Assembly: GCA_902826515.1 (NCBI GenBank)
Contig: CADEFD010000007.1
Location: 3,373 to 67,372 of the forward strand
DNA from: an uncultured Acidobacteriota bacterium
GTDB taxonomy: Bacteria > Acidobacteriota > Vicinamibacteria > Vicinamibacterales > UBA2999
Reading direction: 5' to 3'
DNA: 64,000 nucleotides
Below are positions 42,789-51,395 of this stretch, in pieces (the stretch's first letter is position 1; every line of letters starts with the position of its first letter). The position numbers were made by a program, and so were the translations under genes. The notes below the pieces were generated by a model. It was not told where the DNA came from. It searched no databases and worked only from the letters and a program-made list of their open reading frames with translations.

Positions 42789-42860
42789 CGATTCAATCCT
42801 CTTCGGGGCACCAGCCCCGCAAATCACCGCGTCAGCATACTCAATGCGGCGCCCCGGCGA

Positions 42861-43571
42861 CTACCTGCGTCGCGCCGCGGCCTCGTAGCGGGCCCGGGTC
42901 TCGGCGTTCGGGGGATACAGTCCGGGTAGCGGCACCCCGGCCCGGATCTCTGCCATGATCCACTCTTCGAGGTGCTCCTGATCGGCCGTCTGCGCGGCGA
43001 TCTCCTCGACGAGCGCCGCCGGGATCACGACCGCGCCGTCGCCGTCGGCCACGATCACGTCGCCGGGAAACACCGCCACGCCGCCGCATCCCACCGGCTG
43101 CTGCCAGTCCACGAACGTCAGCCCGGCGACCGACGGCGGGGCGGCCGCACCGGCCGCCCACACCGGCAGGCCGGTGGCCACGACGCCGGCCCGGTCGCGC
43201 ACCACCCCGTCGCTCACGAGGCCGGCCACGCCGCGTTGCGCCATGCGCGCGCAGAGGATGTCGCCCCAGAAGCCGGCATCGCGCACGCCGTTGGCGTCGA
43301 CTACCGCCACGCAGCCGGCCGGCATGTCTTCGATGGCGGCGCGGGTCGAGATCGGCGAACTCCACGACGCCGGAGTCGCGAGGTCTTCCCGGGCCGGCAC
43401 GAAGCGCACCGTGAAGGCGCGGCCGACCACGCGCGGCTGGCCGTCCACGAGCGGAAAGGCGCCGCGGATCCACACATTGCGCAGGCCTTTCTTGAGCAGC
43501 AGCGTCGTGAGCGTGGCCGTGGTGGCGGCGGCCAGGGCGGCAAACGTGGAGGCGTCGGTCGAAGCGGTCAT
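42861..43571 (-). CDS. RraA-family protein (RNase E regulator / HMG-aldolase-like fold)
   Basis: ATG at 43571 lies 5 nt after AAGGAG. GCVAVVDANGVRDAGFWGDILCARMAQRGVAGLVSDGVVRD...GLPVWA...PGDVIVADGDGAVVIP is the RraA signature. It is the C-terminal 237 codons of the spurious 913-aa track ORF. Confidence 0.8.
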   Translation of the reverse strand: MTASTDASTFAALAAATTATLTTLLLKKGLRNVWIRGAFPLVDGQPRVVGRAFTVRFVPAREDLATPASWSSPISTRAAIEDMPAGCVAVVDANGVRDAGFWGDILCARMAQRGVAGLVSDGVVRDRAGVVATGLPVWAAGAAAPPSVAGLTFVDWQQPVGCGGVAVFPGDVIVADGDGAVVIPAALVEEIAAQTADQEHLEEWIMAEIRAGVPLPGLYPPNAETRARYEAAARRR

Positions 43572-43636
43572 CGGGTCTCCTTGCGGTGTGTCGCAGGATA
43601 CCCGCGGGCGCCGCGCGCGGCCAGCGCCTCGTGCGC

Positions 43637-44422
43637 TCACCGCGTGCCGTACTCGTCGTGGCGGCGCCACCACGGGCCGGTTTCGTTGCGGCCCTTCGGC
43701 GCCCGATCGAGCCAGGGATACATGCCCCAGATGCCGTCCACGCCGCGTGAATAGGTCGAGTAGGTGTGGTACACGGTGCCGCTGTCGAGCACGAAGGCGC
43801 TCATGCCGGGGCGCTCGCGCGCGTACGTGGCCGCGTCGGTGCCGGCCATCGCGGCCAGCCGGGCCACCGGCCCCGGCGCGGGCCCGGCGGCGCCGGGCGT
43901 GGCGACCGGCGCGCGCTCGCGGCGGAAGTTGTAGGCGATACCCTTGCGCTGCGCCTCTTCCGTGAACGACACGCCGTAGTCGAAGTTGAAATCGCCGCCG
44001 TGTGACGACGCCCACGGGAAACTCCAGCCCATGGGCTCTCGATAGGCCCGCAGCTTCTCGAAGGGCGCCCGCGAGACCGCCATGAGCGTGACGTCGTGGT
44101 GGGCGAGATGTACGACGGAGCCGTTGAAGCCGTCGGCGATGGCGGAACACGACGGGCATCCGGCCGCGCAGTCGGGGCCGAACATGAAGTGATACACGAG
44201 CAGCTGCGAGCGCCCCGCGAAGAGGTCGGCCAGTGTGGCCGGCCCGTCCGCCGTCTCGAAGCGGTAGGGTGTCTCGACCCGCACCCAGGGCAGCGTCTGC
44301 CGCAGGCGCGCCAGTTCGTCGCTCTGTCGTGTCAGCGCCTTTTCGGCCTCGAGCAGCGCCATCCGCGCGGCGAGCCATTCGTCCCGTGTGCCGGTCGTGT
44401 GTGCCGTGGTCATCGTCGTCAT
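43637..44422 (-). CDS. DUF899 thioredoxin-like protein
   Basis: RDEWLAARMALLEAEKALTRQSDELARLRQTLPWVRVETPYRFETADGPATLADLFAGRSQLLVYHFMFGP....GCPSCS matches the DUF899 family. Confidence 0.8.
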   Translation of the reverse strand: MTTMTTAHTTGTRDEWLAARMALLEAEKALTRQSDELARLRQTLPWVRVETPYRFETADGPATLADLFAGRSQLLVYHFMFGPDCAAGCPSCSAIADGFNGSVVHLAHHDVTLMAVSRAPFEKLRAYREPMGWSFPWASSHGGDFNFDYGVSFTEEAQRKGIAYNFRRERAPVATPGAAGPAPGPVARLAAMAGTDAATYARERPGMSAFVLDSGTVYHTYSTYSRGVDGIWGMYPWLDRAPKGRNETGPWWRRHDEYGTR

Positions 44423-44535
44423 GTGTCGTCTCCTTGCGGCGCCCCGACCGCCTGGCCGCGGTGCGCCGCTGTGTCGTGGGATAGATTGAGCGGCGGACGG
44501 CTGATGGCGGGAGTGACAAGCGTGGCGGGATTTCG

Positions 44536-45756
44536 ATGGACTCGTTGATCACGGCGGCTGGCCGCGCGCTGGCCGCCGGCGATCCGCTCGGCGCGCTGCG
44601 GCGCGTCGCGCTGCGTGACGACGCGTCGGGCCTGGCGCTGCGCGGTATCGCCATGGCACAGCTCGGTGATCTGCCGCGCGCGGTCGTGCTGCTGCGGCGG
44701 GCCGGCCGGGCCTTCGGCGCGAAGGAGCCGGTGGCGCGGGCGCGGTGTGTGGTGGCCGAGGCGGAGATTGCGCTGGCGGCGCGCAACCTCGGCTGGCCGG
44801 CCGCCGCGCTCGATGCCGCCACGGCGACGCTCGAAGCGCATGGCGATCGCGCCAACGTGGTGCACGCGCGTCTGCTGGCGGCGCGGCGGCTGCTGCTCAT
44901 CGGCCGCGTCGACGCGGCGGCGCAGGTGCTCGGCGCCGTGGGCCGCGCGGGGCTCACGCCATCGGCGCGGGCCGTGCAGGCGCTCGTGGCCGCCGGCATC
45001 GCCATCCGCCGCCTGCGGACCGCCGCGGCTCGCGCCGCGCTGGCGGCCTCGCTCCGGGCCGCGCGCGCGGCCGGCATTCCCGCGCTCGTCGCGGAGGTCG
45101 CGCGCGTCGCGGCGCTGCTCGACGCGCCAGCCGCCCGGGTGCGGTCGCCGCAGGGCGAACGGCCGCTCCGGCTGGCGGAGGTGGAGCGGCTCCTGGCGTC
45201 GGACGTCGTCGTCGTGGACGGCTGCCGGTACCTGGTGCGCGACGGCCGCACCACCATCCGCCTGGCCTCGCGCCCCGTGCTCTTCGCCCTCGCGCAGGCG
45301 CTCGGTGAAGCGTGGCCGGGCGACGTCGCGCGTGACGCGCTCGTGGCGCGCGCCTTCGGCGCCGCCCGTGCCGACGAGTCGCACCGCGCCAGGCTGCGTG
45401 TCGAGGCCGGACGGCTGCGCCGGCTGCTGCGGCCGGTGGCCGACATCACGGCCACGCCGCGGGGGTTCGCCATGACACCGCGACGGGCGCGCGCCGTCGT
45501 CGCGCTGGCGCGGCCGACCGACGAGCCGCACGGCGCGGTGCTCGCGCTGCTCGCCGACGGCGAAGCGTGGTCCACCTCGGCGCTGGCCCTGGCCCTCGAC
45601 ACCAGTCAGCGCAGCGTGCAGCGGGCGCTCGACACGCTCGCGGCCGAGGCGAAGGTGCAGTCGCTCGGCCGTGGACGATCCCGGCGCTGGGTGGCGCCGC
45701 CGCTGCCCGGATTCACGACAGCCTTGTTACTCCCGGCGCCGCTGCCCGTTGACTAG
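44536..45756 (+). CDS. Putative transcriptional regulator (helical repeat N-terminus, OmpR/SARP-like winged helix, C-terminal wHTH)
   Basis: The central segment LASRPVLFALAQALGEAWPGDVARDALVARAFG...ESHRARLRVEAGRLRRLL resembles a Trans_reg_C-type fold. The C-terminal segment LALLADGEAWSTSALALALDTSQRSVQRALDTLAAEAKV is a wHTH. The gene is divergent from the DUF899 gene. Confidence 0.6.
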   Translation: MDSLITAAGRALAAGDPLGALRRVALRDDASGLALRGIAMAQLGDLPRAVVLLRRAGRAFGAKEPVARARCVVAEAEIALAARNLGWPAAALDAATATLEAHGDRANVVHARLLAARRLLLIGRVDAAAQVLGAVGRAGLTPSARAVQALVAAGIAIRRLRTAAARAALAASLRAARAAGIPALVAEVARVAALLDAPAARVRSPQGERPLRLAEVERLLASDVVVVDGCRYLVRDGRTTIRLASRPVLFALAQALGEAWPGDVARDALVARAFGAARADESHRARLRVEAGRLRRLLRPVADITATPRGFAMTPRRARAVVALARPTDEPHGAVLALLADGEAWSTSALALALDTSQRSVQRALDTLAAEAKVQSLGRGRSRRWVAPPLPGFTTALLLPAPLPVD

Positions 45757-45765
45757 GATCGCCGC

Positions 45766-46404
45766 ATGCGACGTTCACGGGCAGACATCCTCCGCGAGTA
45801 CGGACCCTTCCCCGGCACCGACCACGTGCACGGCGTGACCTTCGACGGCAGCGACGTCTGGTTCGCGGCCGGCGATCGCCTGCGTGCGTTCGATCCGGCC
45901 ACCGGCGCGGCCCGCCGCGACATCGCGGTCGCCGCTCACGCCGGCACCGCATTCGACGGCCGCCACTTCTTCCAGCTCGCGGAAGACCGCATCCAGAAGA
46001 TCGACGCGGCCACCGGCCGCGTGCTCACGACACTGCCGGCTCCCGGCGGCGGCGGCGACTCGGGACTGACGTGGGCCGAAGGGTCGCTGTGGGTCGGACA
46101 GTACCGCGACCGGAAAATCCACCAGATCGATCCCGACACCGGTGCGTTGCTGCGCACCATCGAGTCCAACCGCTTCGTCACCGGCGTGACCTGGGTGGAG
46201 GGCGAACTCTGGCACGGCACCTGGGACGGGGACGAGAGCGAGCTGCGGCACCTCGATGCGCGCACGGGCGATGTCATCGAGGTGCTGCAGATGCCGGCCG
46301 GCACGGGCGTCTCGGGCCTCGAGTCGGACGGGGCGGAGCGCTTCTACTGCGGCGGCGGCAGGAGCGGCACCGTGCGGGCGGTGCGCCGCCCGCGCCGGCC
46401 CTGA
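45766..46404 (+). CDS. Beta-propeller repeat protein (glutaminyl-cyclase-like?), hypothetical
   Basis: 212 aa with repeated strands GVTFDGSDVWFAAGDRLRAFDPATG, GLTWAEGSLWVGQYRDRKIHQIDPDTG and GVTWVEGELWHGTWDG. The family call is tentative. Confidence 0.5.
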   Translation: MRRSRADILREYGPFPGTDHVHGVTFDGSDVWFAAGDRLRAFDPATGAARRDIAVAAHAGTAFDGRHFFQLAEDRIQKIDAATGRVLTTLPAPGGGGDSGLTWAEGSLWVGQYRDRKIHQIDPDTGALLRTIESNRFVTGVTWVEGELWHGTWDGDESELRHLDARTGDVIEVLQMPAGTGVSGLESDGAERFYCGGGRSGTVRAVRRPRRP

Positions 46405-46411
46405 CGCCGGG

Positions 46412-46951
46412 CTACCGGCACGTCGCCGCGAGTGACGTCACGGTGCGCGCGACGAGCGTCGGCAGGTTGGCGCGATCGAACGGCGTGCCGGTGGCGCCCG
46501 AGCCCGCGCTGCCCGTGGCGACCGGCGCCTGATACGGCGTGGCTTCGGGTGACCGGCCGGCCAGCGGGGCGGACGTCGCGCGGTCGGTCGACGTGCCTTC
46601 GACCTTCACGCGGTGGTTCACGTACGACGCCAGCGGGATCTTCGCGTCCGGCGCGGACCGGAGCACGTACATCTTCGGCAGGGCAGGCGCCGGGACGGTG
46701 CCGCCGGCCGCCGGCGCGGCCTCGCCGCGCGGGGACGCGGCCGTGGGCACGACGAGCACGTAGAGCTCCGCGGCCGAGGATGTCGCGGCGCCGCCCTCCT
46801 TCGTCAGGCACCCTTCCACGCTGAGCGTCGTTGCGCCCGCGCCCGGTGTGCCAGGCGCCGGTGTCTGCGCGGCCGCGGTGGTGGCGAGCGCGATGGTCAA
46901 CATCGGGAGTGTGACGGCACGAACGGCGAGGCGTGGGGAGCTGAGCGGCAT
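46412..46951 (-). CDS. Exported Cys-bracketed protein, family copy B (divergent)
   Basis: ATG at 46951 lies 7 nt after AGGAGG. Signal peptide MPLSSPRLAVRAVTLPMLTIALATTAAAQ. The conserved blocks are LSVEGCL, YVL, YVNHRVKVEGT and a C-terminal ...VTSLAATCR. Confidence 0.65.
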   Translation of the reverse strand: MPLSSPRLAVRAVTLPMLTIALATTAAAQTPAPGTPGAGATTLSVEGCLTKEGGAATSSAAELYVLVVPTAASPRGEAAPAAGGTVPAPALPKMYVLRSAPDAKIPLASYVNHRVKVEGTSTDRATSAPLAGRSPEATPYQAPVATGSAGSGATGTPFDRANLPTLVARTVTSLAATCR

Positions 46952-47095
46952 GGGCGAACCTCCTGGAATCACGGACGCGGCGGGCAGGTTTGCTCGCGGC
47001 CCCTGTCACCGCCACCAGAGCAACATACGTGCCCGTACGTGACGAGGTGGTGCTGGTCCGCGTTGCGTGGGCACACATCCTGCACCGCCCGAGGC

Positions 47096-47962
47096 ATGGT
47101 GGCTACGCGCCGGCGTCGTGTGGGTCCCGTCGAGCTGTTGCGCCTGCTCGGCCGCGCCGTCGCCGCGTGGTGGCAGGACAACCTGCTCCGCCTGGGCGCG
47201 TCGATCGCGTACTACACCCTGTTCGCGATCGCGCCGATTCTGCTCGTGGCGGTGGCGGTGGCCGGAGCGGTGTTCGGGGACGAGGCCGTGCGCGGCGAAG
47301 TGGCCCGGCAGATCGACGGCCTGATCGGGCCCGACGGCGCGGCGGCCGTGCAGGCGCTCATCGAAGGCGCGCGGCGGCCGGGCGCCGGACGGCTGGCCGT
47401 CGTGAGCGGCACGATGGCCACCGTGCTGGCCGCTGGCGGCGTGTTTCTCGAGCTGCAGGCCGCGCTCAACACCATATTTCGCGTGCCGCCGCGGCCCGGC
47501 AGTGTCGTGCGGCAGTTCTTCCGCGACCGCGCCCAGTCGTTCGGTGTCGTGCTCTCGATCGGGTTCCTGCTGCTGGTCTCGCTCGCCGTGAGCGCCGCGC
47601 TCGCCGCCGCGGCGAGCTGGCTCGACGGCAGGCTGCCGGCCGTTCCCCTGCTCGTGCGTGCCGCCAACTGGTGCCTCTCGATCGCCTTCACGGCCGTGCT
47701 CTTCGGCCTGCTGTTCAAGGTGCTGCCGGATGTGCGTCTCGCGTATGCCGACGTCGTCATCGGCGGGCTCATCACCGCACTGCTCTTCACGGTGGGCAAA
47801 CACGCGATCGGCCTCTATCTGGGCCACTCCGGGGGCGCGTCGAGTTACGGGGCCGTCGGCTCGGTCGCGGTGCTGCTGCTGTGGGTCTATTACTCCGCCC
47901 AGATCTTCCTCCTCGGCGCGCAGTTCACACGGCTCTACGCCGAACGCGCGCGCCCGCTCTGA
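47096..47962 (+). CDS. YihY/BrkB-family membrane protein
   Basis: LGASIAYYTLFAIAPILLV...ALNTIF...PDVRLAYADVVIGGLITALLFTVGKHAIGLYLG...SSYGAVGSVAVLLLWVYYSAQIFLLGAQFT is the family signature. Confidence 0.85.
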   Translation: MVATRRRRVGPVELLRLLGRAVAAWWQDNLLRLGASIAYYTLFAIAPILLVAVAVAGAVFGDEAVRGEVARQIDGLIGPDGAAAVQALIEGARRPGAGRLAVVSGTMATVLAAGGVFLELQAALNTIFRVPPRPGSVVRQFFRDRAQSFGVVLSIGFLLLVSLAVSAALAAAASWLDGRLPAVPLLVRAANWCLSIAFTAVLFGLLFKVLPDVRLAYADVVIGGLITALLFTVGKHAIGLYLGHSGGASSYGAVGSVAVLLLWVYYSAQIFLLGAQFTRLYAERARPL

Positions 47963-48114
47963 GGCCGCGTACCAGCGACTCAATGTCGGTAAGCGGCACC
48001 ACAGAGTGTGGTAGCGCCGGCGCCTGGTTCCCGGTCCGGCGGCGCGTTCCGGCTGGAACGGCCCGTGCAACGGTGACGGGAAGCCGCCCCCGCAGCAGGG
48101 ACAAGGAGACACGC

Positions 48115-48375
48115 ATGGCCACGAAGCCCACGCCCACCTTCCTCGACGCGCCCGACCTCGATGACCCCACGGGCGATGACATCGACCGCGACGACACCGG
48201 CGCCGTGGCCAGTGACGACACCTTCGCCGACGACACGACCCGACGAGCGGCCGACGAGACCGACGGTGTCGCTGACGTGCCGTCCGGAGACGACGCGCCG
48301 GTGCTCGAGGACGCCGCGGGCGCCGACGCCGAAGATATCGCGGCCGAGGCGCCCTTACGCCGGCGACGCCGCTGA
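48115..48375 (+). CDS. 86-aa highly acidic, probably disordered protein with an Arg5 C-terminus (hypothetical)
   Basis: AAGGAG lies 6 nt before ATG 48115. The product is MATKPTPTFLDAPDLDDPTGDDIDRDD...EDIAAEAPLRRRRR. There is no recognisable domain, and the coding status rests on the SD and the open frame only. Confidence 0.45.
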   Translation: MATKPTPTFLDAPDLDDPTGDDIDRDDTGAVASDDTFADDTTRRAADETDGVADVPSGDDAPVLEDAAGADAEDIAAEAPLRRRRR

Positions 48376-48467
48376 TGCCCGCAAACGGCGCGCTGCCGCT
48401 CGATGGACACGCGACGACCTGCTCGCCGTGGCGCGCGCGCTCCACGGCGTCGCCCGTCTCGAGCAGA

Positions 48468-49367
48468 TCAGGCGATCGACGGATCCAGCGGATAGGGCAG
48501 TGCACCCGCCGGTGTGGCGTCGATCGGCACCGACACGCGCGGATCGCCGCCGGTGACGAATGTGAGGACGTCGCGCGCCAGCTCCTGCGGGTGTGACGCC
48601 AGCAGGCCGTGCGGCGCGCCGTCGTATTCGAGCAGGATGCTGCCGGGAATGGCGGCCGCGGCCGGACGTGCCGCCGTATCGATCGGCACGGTGCGGTCGT
48701 TCGTCCCGTGGACGATGAGCGTCGGCACCGTGAAACTTGCGAGATCGGCGCGAAAATCGGTGGTGGCGAACGCCTCGGCGCAGGCCACGGTCGCCTTGAG
48801 GCTGGCCCGCATCGCGATGGCAGCCGACCATTCCAGCACCTCGTCACTCACCGGCTTCGAGAGTACGCCGACGCCGTAGAAGTCCGAGAAGAAACTCGTC
48901 CAGAACTTCGCGCGATCGGCGCGCAGCGACTCGGCCATGCCGTCGAAGACTCGCGGATCCACCCCGGCGGGGTTGTCGTCGGTCTTCAGCATGTACGGCA
49001 CGACCGACGCGACGAGGATCGCCTGGCGCACGCGCGCCTGCCCGTGGCGGGTCAGGTAGCGCGCCACTTCGCCGCCGCCCATCGAGAAGCCGAGCAGCGT
49101 GACGTCGTCGGCTCCGGTCGACTCGATGACCGCCGCCAGATCGTCGGCGAGCGTGTCGTAGTCGTAGCCGTGCCACGGCTGTCCGGATCGTCCGAAGCCG
49201 CGCCGGTCATAGGCGATCGCGCGCACGCCCCCCTCAGCGAGGGTCATCGCCAGGTCGTCGAAGGTGTCGGCCGAGAGCGGCCAGCCGTGCAGCATGATGA
49301 CGGGCCGGCCGGCGCCCCAGTCCTTGACGAACAGCGGGCAGCCGTCGGGCGTGGTGATGGTGGGCAT
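48468..49367 (-). CDS. Alpha/beta hydrolase (non-haem haloperoxidase / arylesterase-like)
   Basis: ATG at 49367. The sequence PLFVKDWGAGRPVIMLHGWPLSAD...LLGFSMGGGEV (nucleophile elbow GxSxG)...LIVHGTNDRTVP...APHG fits the family. The track ORF to 49970 is over-extended. Confidence 0.85.
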   Translation of the reverse strand: MPTITTPDGCPLFVKDWGAGRPVIMLHGWPLSADTFDDLAMTLAEGGVRAIAYDRRGFGRSGQPWHGYDYDTLADDLAAVIESTGADDVTLLGFSMGGGEVARYLTRHGQARVRQAILVASVVPYMLKTDDNPAGVDPRVFDGMAESLRADRAKFWTSFFSDFYGVGVLSKPVSDEVLEWSAAIAMRASLKATVACAEAFATTDFRADLASFTVPTLIVHGTNDRTVPIDTAARPAAAAIPGSILLEYDGAPHGLLASHPQELARDVLTFVTGGDPRVSVPIDATPAGALPYPLDPSIA

Positions 49368-49402
49368 CGTGAGTCCTTTCGAGTGACGGGGGCGTCGAGG
49401 GG

Positions 49403-50509
49403 CTAGTCGTGCGGCGGTTGCACGTTGACGAGGCGCGGCTTCGTCGCGGGAGGCGGCAACGCGATCCGCTGGCCGCGATGCGGCACGGCATCCGCGAATG
49501 CCGGCAGGGCGATCGCCGTGCCTTCGCGCATCGACCGGTAGAGCGCCTCGATGATGTGGACGTCCCACGCGCCTTCTTCCGCCGACGGTTCGGGCGGCAC
49601 GTCGTCGAGGATGCAGCGCGAGAAGTAGACGAGCTCCGCGGCGAACTGGTCCACCCTGCGGCCCTTGTGGCGGCGCGTCGTGCCGTCGGTGGTCACGGTG
49701 TAGCCAATCGGCTCGCTGGTGCTGAAGGCAGGGTCGAGCACGACGTCGCCTGTCGTGCCGACGAGCCGGCAGGTCGACACATCGGCGGCGTCGAAGCTGC
49801 ACGTGAACGTCGCCAGCCGATCGCCGTCGAAGTGCAGCCACGCGCTGGTGGTTTCGTCCACGTCCGGCATGTCCGAGCGGGCGCCGGGGATCGCGCACGC
49901 CGAGACCCGCACGGGCTCGGCGCCGAAGAACATCCGCGCCGCATTGATGCAGTAGATGCCGATGTCCCACAAGGCGCCGCCACCGGTCTCCGGACGTGTG
50001 CGGATGCCGCCGGGGGTCGTCCGCAAAGAGAACGACGAGGTGACGTAACGCAAATCGCCGAGCTGGCCGCGTCGCGCCAGGTCCACGACCGCGAGCGTGG
50101 AAGGTTCGAAGTGCAGGCGGTAGGCGGTCATGAACTTCACGCCGCCGCTGTCACGCGCCGCCAGCATGCGCCGGCAATCGTCGTCGGACGCCGCGAGTGG
50201 CTTCTCGCAGAGCACATGGACGCCGCCGAGAGCGGCCTCGACGGCGAAGCGCAGGTGCGCCGTGTTCGGCGTGCACACGTAGACGGCGTCCACGAGCGGC
50301 AGGCACTGCGCGAAGTGGTCGTAGCTGAACCGGTGCGCGACCTCGTAACGCCGGCCGAGCGTCTCGAGCTTCTCCGCGTCGCCGCTGACGAGCGCCACGA
50401 GTTCGCTGTTGTTCTTCGCCCGCGCGAACGCGGGCAGCACGGACGCCTGCGCGATGTGGCCCAGACCCACGACGGCGTACCGGATGCGACGACGGGTGCG
50501 TGACGCCAT
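49403..50509 (-). CDS. Gfo/Idh/MocA-family NAD(P)-dependent oxidoreductase
   Basis: IRYAVVGLGHIAQASVLPAF (Rossmann) ...VYVCTPNTAHLRFAVEAALGGVHVLCEKPLA (EKP motif). Confidence 0.85.
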   Translation of the reverse strand: MASRTRRRIRYAVVGLGHIAQASVLPAFARAKNNSELVALVSGDAEKLETLGRRYEVAHRFSYDHFAQCLPLVDAVYVCTPNTAHLRFAVEAALGGVHVLCEKPLAASDDDCRRMLAARDSGGVKFMTAYRLHFEPSTLAVVDLARRGQLGDLRYVTSSFSLRTTPGGIRTRPETGGGALWDIGIYCINAARMFFGAEPVRVSACAIPGARSDMPDVDETTSAWLHFDGDRLATFTCSFDAADVSTCRLVGTTGDVVLDPAFSTSEPIGYTVTTDGTTRRHKGRRVDQFAAELVYFSRCILDDVPPEPSAEEGAWDVHIIEALYRSMREGTAIALPAFADAVPHRGQRIALPPPATKPRLVNVQPPHD

Positions 50510-50593
50510 GGCCCGATGCAGTGCAACCTGCGTGCCCGCCGCCAGACGGCTGTGCCCGCGCCACGGATGCGCGAGCACAGCCCCTGGCGACGC

Positions 50594-51202
50594 TCACGAC
50601 TGCGTGGTGCAGGTGGTGCTCACCATCGCGAGGGACGTCGCGGTCAGGGTGGACCACGGCTTGTCGGCCCTGGCCGGCGGCTGTGTGCCCGTGGCCGGGG
50701 CCGGATCCCCCGGACGCGCGGCCGGCGGCTTGCCAGGCGCCATTGCCGGCGCCATGTGCTCCGTCGTGCCGGTGATCGTGACCTTGTGGTTCACGTGCGC
50801 GGCCAGGTTGACTCCGGTGCCGGCCATCACGATGTACTGCGTGGTCTGCGGATGCGCGGGCGGGCTCGCCGGAGCCGACGGCGTCGGCGTGCGCGGCTGC
50901 GCGCCCGGCTGGCCCGGTGCACGCGTATCGGGGGCGACGTCGGTCAGCACGTAGCGGGTCCCCGGCATTGGCGTGACACCGGACCGGGCCGGCGCGTCGG
51001 TGGGCAGAGCGCCCATGGTGTTGTCCCACGGCTTCAGACAGCCTGTCACCGTGACGGTGGACGAATCGGTGCGCGCCGGCTGGGTCGGAGCGGGCGGCTG
51101 CGGACGGGTGGCCGGCGGCTGCGTCGGCGTCTGCGCGGCAAGACTCATCGTGCCGGCAATCGTCAGGGCGCCACAGGCGGCGAGGAACGGCGGCTTCATC
51201 AC
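50594..51202 (-). CDS. Exported Cys-bracketed Pro-rich protein, family copy C
   Basis: GGAGGTGA lies upstream of GTG 51202 / ATG 51199. Signal peptide MKPPFLAACGALTIAGTMSLAAQ. The blocks VTVTGCLKPWDNTMGALP, TRYVLTDV, GVNLAAHVNHKVTITGT and STLTATSLAMVSTTC are near-identical to copy A. Confidence 0.7.
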   Translation of the reverse strand: MMKPPFLAACGALTIAGTMSLAAQTPTQPPATRPQPPAPTQPARTDSSTVTVTGCLKPWDNTMGALPTDAPARSGVTPMPGTRYVLTDVAPDTRAPGQPGAQPRTPTPSAPASPPAHPQTTQYIVMAGTGVNLAAHVNHKVTITGTTEHMAPAMAPGKPPAARPGDPAPATGTQPPARADKPWSTLTATSLAMVSTTCTTQS

Positions 51203-51395
51203 GGATCACCTCCAGGACCGCGTGCGCGCACGGACGCACCGGCTGCGATTGTGAATTGCACGATGCGGGCCAGCCTCGACGGCGGCGGAATTCCACGGCG
51301 GGGGCCGAGGATCGGTGTTCGTGATGGCGCGGGCGCCACTGGTCGTGGCGCCGCCTGCTCACATTGGGTCGCCGGTGACCGACGCCCGATGTGGC

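Noticed and set aside
42861-45602. 913-aa minus-strand ORF, the longest-looking gene in this part of the track
   Set aside because: Only its last 237 codons (42861..43571) form a real RraA-like gene with its own AAGGAG-ATG. The upstream 676 codons are Arg/Ala/Ser/Pro-rich junk. They run through the DUF899 gene in another frame and run antisense to the regulator at 44536..45756. This is a typical open shadow frame in GC-rich DNA.
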